A stretch of DNA of 64,000 nucleotides, taken from Octopus sinensis. Its lineage: Eukaryota. Under the pieces are notes generated by a model that worked only from the letters and a program-made list of their open reading frames with translations, did not search any database and was not told the DNA's origin. Made by a program: the position numbers and the translations under genes. Of the stretch, positions 61,561 through 64,000 are shown piece by piece. Location: positions 92,194,001 to 92,258,000 of the forward strand of contig NC_042998.1 in the NCBI RefSeq assembly GCF_006345805.1, given 5' to 3'. Positions within the stretch are counted from its first letter, which is position 1. Each line of letters opens with the position of its first letter.

Positions 61561-63142
61561 CTGTCTTAATGTTGTGATGTGAAACATGCACAATTTTTGT
61601 AAAGGACAGATGACAGTAGGGACCAAGCCTTCAGTGAATTTTGAAGTTGATGCTGACATCATTTGGGCAATGTCAATGGAATATTTTCCATATCACACAA
61701 CTAATATAGCACTCATTGGAAGGAACATATTTTGAGCTTCTCAAGCTGATCCCTGTAATCAAGACCTGTTACATCTATTATTTTAATATTTTGTCTTTTT
61801 GTGATTGCTCTCTGGGGTGCTTCAATTATAGCTTTAAGTTATTTTAGGTTTTCTTTAATAGACCTAAAATTTGTTTTTCATACTTTAAAAATTTTTTTAG
61901 ATTCTGATACACACCATTAATGTTACAGTTAGTAAATGAAATCTCTCTATCTGCTAATGCAAAGATTTATCAATCTGCAAACATTTATTGATTACTTGGG
62001 CATTCCGGCACAAAATTCTACAACGCTTTCAGATTTGAATACATTTTTTTCCTTTTTAGAATGTGACAAATGTTTGTTTCCTTTTCATGGAAGCTATGAT
62101 GCCTAAAATCCCAATCAAATTACATAAAATGGATAAAAATTGACTACAAAAGTTAGTGAAAAGTGGTTTGCACACAAATCTTTAGAAATCTCAAAGTGAA
62201 GGAACAAAGAATAGGTAAAATAATAACAGAAATAAAACTGTTTCACATTTCAAAACAAATATTTACTTTCATCATAATATATATGGGGGGAGAGGGGAGA
62301 GAAAAATCAAAAAGTTTTGCAGTGTTTTCTTTTATATCAGAATGCATGTGGGTGTATGTATACACACACACACATCTAGAGCCAAAGTTGAGTGATTATA
62401 AATTTATACTCTACTGAATGTATTTTATATTGACTTAATGTTGGATTCTACATTAAAAAAAAAACCCCTCATTAACATACTTGTAAGTAATTTTATGAAT
62501 ATAACTGTATATATCTGTATGAATATATCACCCAATTTTTTTCAATGAGTCTTTATTTAAAACTATTTGTGGAAGTATATGTATGTACATATTGGAGTAC
62601 AGATTTTTTTTTCCATCTTGATGTTGATCTAAAGCAAGGTATGTGATAGATTTTGTTGATAATGATTATGAACCATGGGATTGGAATGCAGAATACAGAA
62701 ATGACATAAACCTGTTTAAAAATGAAAACTGACAATGCAAAAATGCTTTCTGTTATATATATATATATTTGTATTTCTTGGTTTTTATGACATAAACTGG
62801 ATGAATTGTATGTATTTTTAAAGTTAAGAATTTTATACGTGTTCTGTATTTCTCTCTATTATAGAAGTTCTTGGAAATAGATTTTTAATGCACAGAAAAA
62901 TAACTTATTGGGTAAAATTTCATATACATTGTATATTTCTGTTTCTTGTTATTATTAGTCAAGTCTTTGAATTTCTTTGTGTCACACTTTCTGGCATTAA
63001 TATTGGTGAATTGTTTCCTTTCATTTAATTTTAGGTTAGATTCTGTTGGGCTTTGTGTCTTGCTCACTATACTTCAAACCTTAATTGTACTTTTTTATTA
63101 TAAAATGTGTTTCTTTCTTCAACTATTTAATATTTTAGAGTA

Positions 63143-63200
63143 CCGTATTTGATGGCATATAAGACACACTTTTTAAAAATAAGTCTCAAAAAAATTCACC
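63143..63200. mobile_element. Tc2/pogo-like transposon terminus (other end not found)
   Basis: TA|CCGTATTTGATGGCATATAAGACACACTTTTT resembles CCGTATTT...TATAAGAC TIRs (recalled pattern). Confidence 0.4.
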
Positions 63201-63394
63201 CATCTTCTGTTTGTGAAGCTGAGCTACCCATAAGTTCATGTTGACTCTGACACTATTATAGGTTATTTTTAATACTGATGGTCTCTTCTATTTAGTTTCA
63301 CTGCCTTTTTTTTTTTTTTTTTGCTATAACCAAAGTACTTTCGTAATGTATTGCTAGATTGCTGTAAATATTTGTTTCAAAATTTGGAACAAGG

Positions 63395-63580
63395 CTGGCC
63401 GGTTTGTGGGAGGGGACTAAGCTGATTACATCGACCCTGCTGCTCAATTGATATTTATTTTATCAATCCTGAAAGGATGTAAAGCAAAATTAATCTCGGT
63501 GGAATTTGAACTCAGAACTTTAAGATGAACAAAATGCTGCTAAACATTTTGCCTGACATAACAATTCTGCCAGCTTGCTA
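63395..63580 (-). mobile_element. Family C SINE; another copy at about 63895-64000 runs off the window
   Basis: Reverse complement of the GAGTTCAAATTCCACCGAG...CCTTTCAGGATTGATAAAA block. Confidence 0.7.
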
Positions 63581-64000
63581 TATTTGGATTGCTTTAAATA
63601 TTACATGTTTTAATTCAATAAAAATCATTTTTTACTTGGAAATGCTCTGCCGAAGTTGGGTTGTATCTAATATGCTCATGCATCTTTTACAACATCAAAT
63701 ATAGTAAGTCAAACATATAAGATTGCTATTCAGGTGCAGACATGGTTATGTGGTTAAAAAGTTTGTGTTGTAACTGCATGGTTTCAGGTTCAGTCTTAAG
63801 AGCTTTACTGCAAGACACAGGAAAGCCAGCAGTTGTCCAGGGAAGGCAGGTGCTAGTCAGAACCTGAACAAATGCCACAAGATATCATATCTAATGCTTT
63901 AACAACTCTAGTTCACTGTTCTGGACTGATGCTTTTATTTATCAACTCTGAAAGGATGAAGGCCAAAGCTGACCATGGTGAGATTTGAACTCAGAGTGGA

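Noticed and set aside
815-63152. Remaining 60-175-aa ORFs in the track
   Set aside because: They overlap SINEs, microsatellites (IYIY/CVCV runs) or antisense LINE sequence and lack recognisable domains or splice-phase support.

Overview
AT-rich, microsatellite- and transposon-dense animal genomic DNA. The repeat landscape (tRNA-headed SINEs, RTE LINEs with (GAT)n tails, many MITEs) suggests a coleoid cephalopod, probably Octopus; this is inferred from pattern recognition, not a database search. One spliced plus-strand host gene crosses the window. Four phase-compatible coding exons were reconstructed: 10403-11171 (Ser/Arg-rich, with 11-aa RRDSG repeats), 26964-26988 (25-nt microexon), 41209-41404 and 47928-48057 (together one intracellular I-set Ig domain, titin/twitchin/MLCK/obscurin type). 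The gene's identity and 3' end are unresolved. Almost all other ORF-track entries are spurious or transposon fragments. The introns hold a decayed 2.6-kb RTE LINE, CR1-like fragments, three SINE head families with swapped tails, piggyBac/hAT/mariner MITEs and several long hairpins. Most notable is a Penelope-like element (30061-30771) whose inverted pseudo-LTRs each carry a tRNA-like Pol III promoter upstream of a decayed hammerhead ribozyme core. A perfect 50-bp-arm palindrome (5051-5155) appears to be another Penelope-type insertion broken within a hammerhead core. No prokaryotic systems, CRISPR arrays or true tRNA/rRNA genes were found. Repeat boundaries are by eye and approximate unless a TSD or TIR is quoted.
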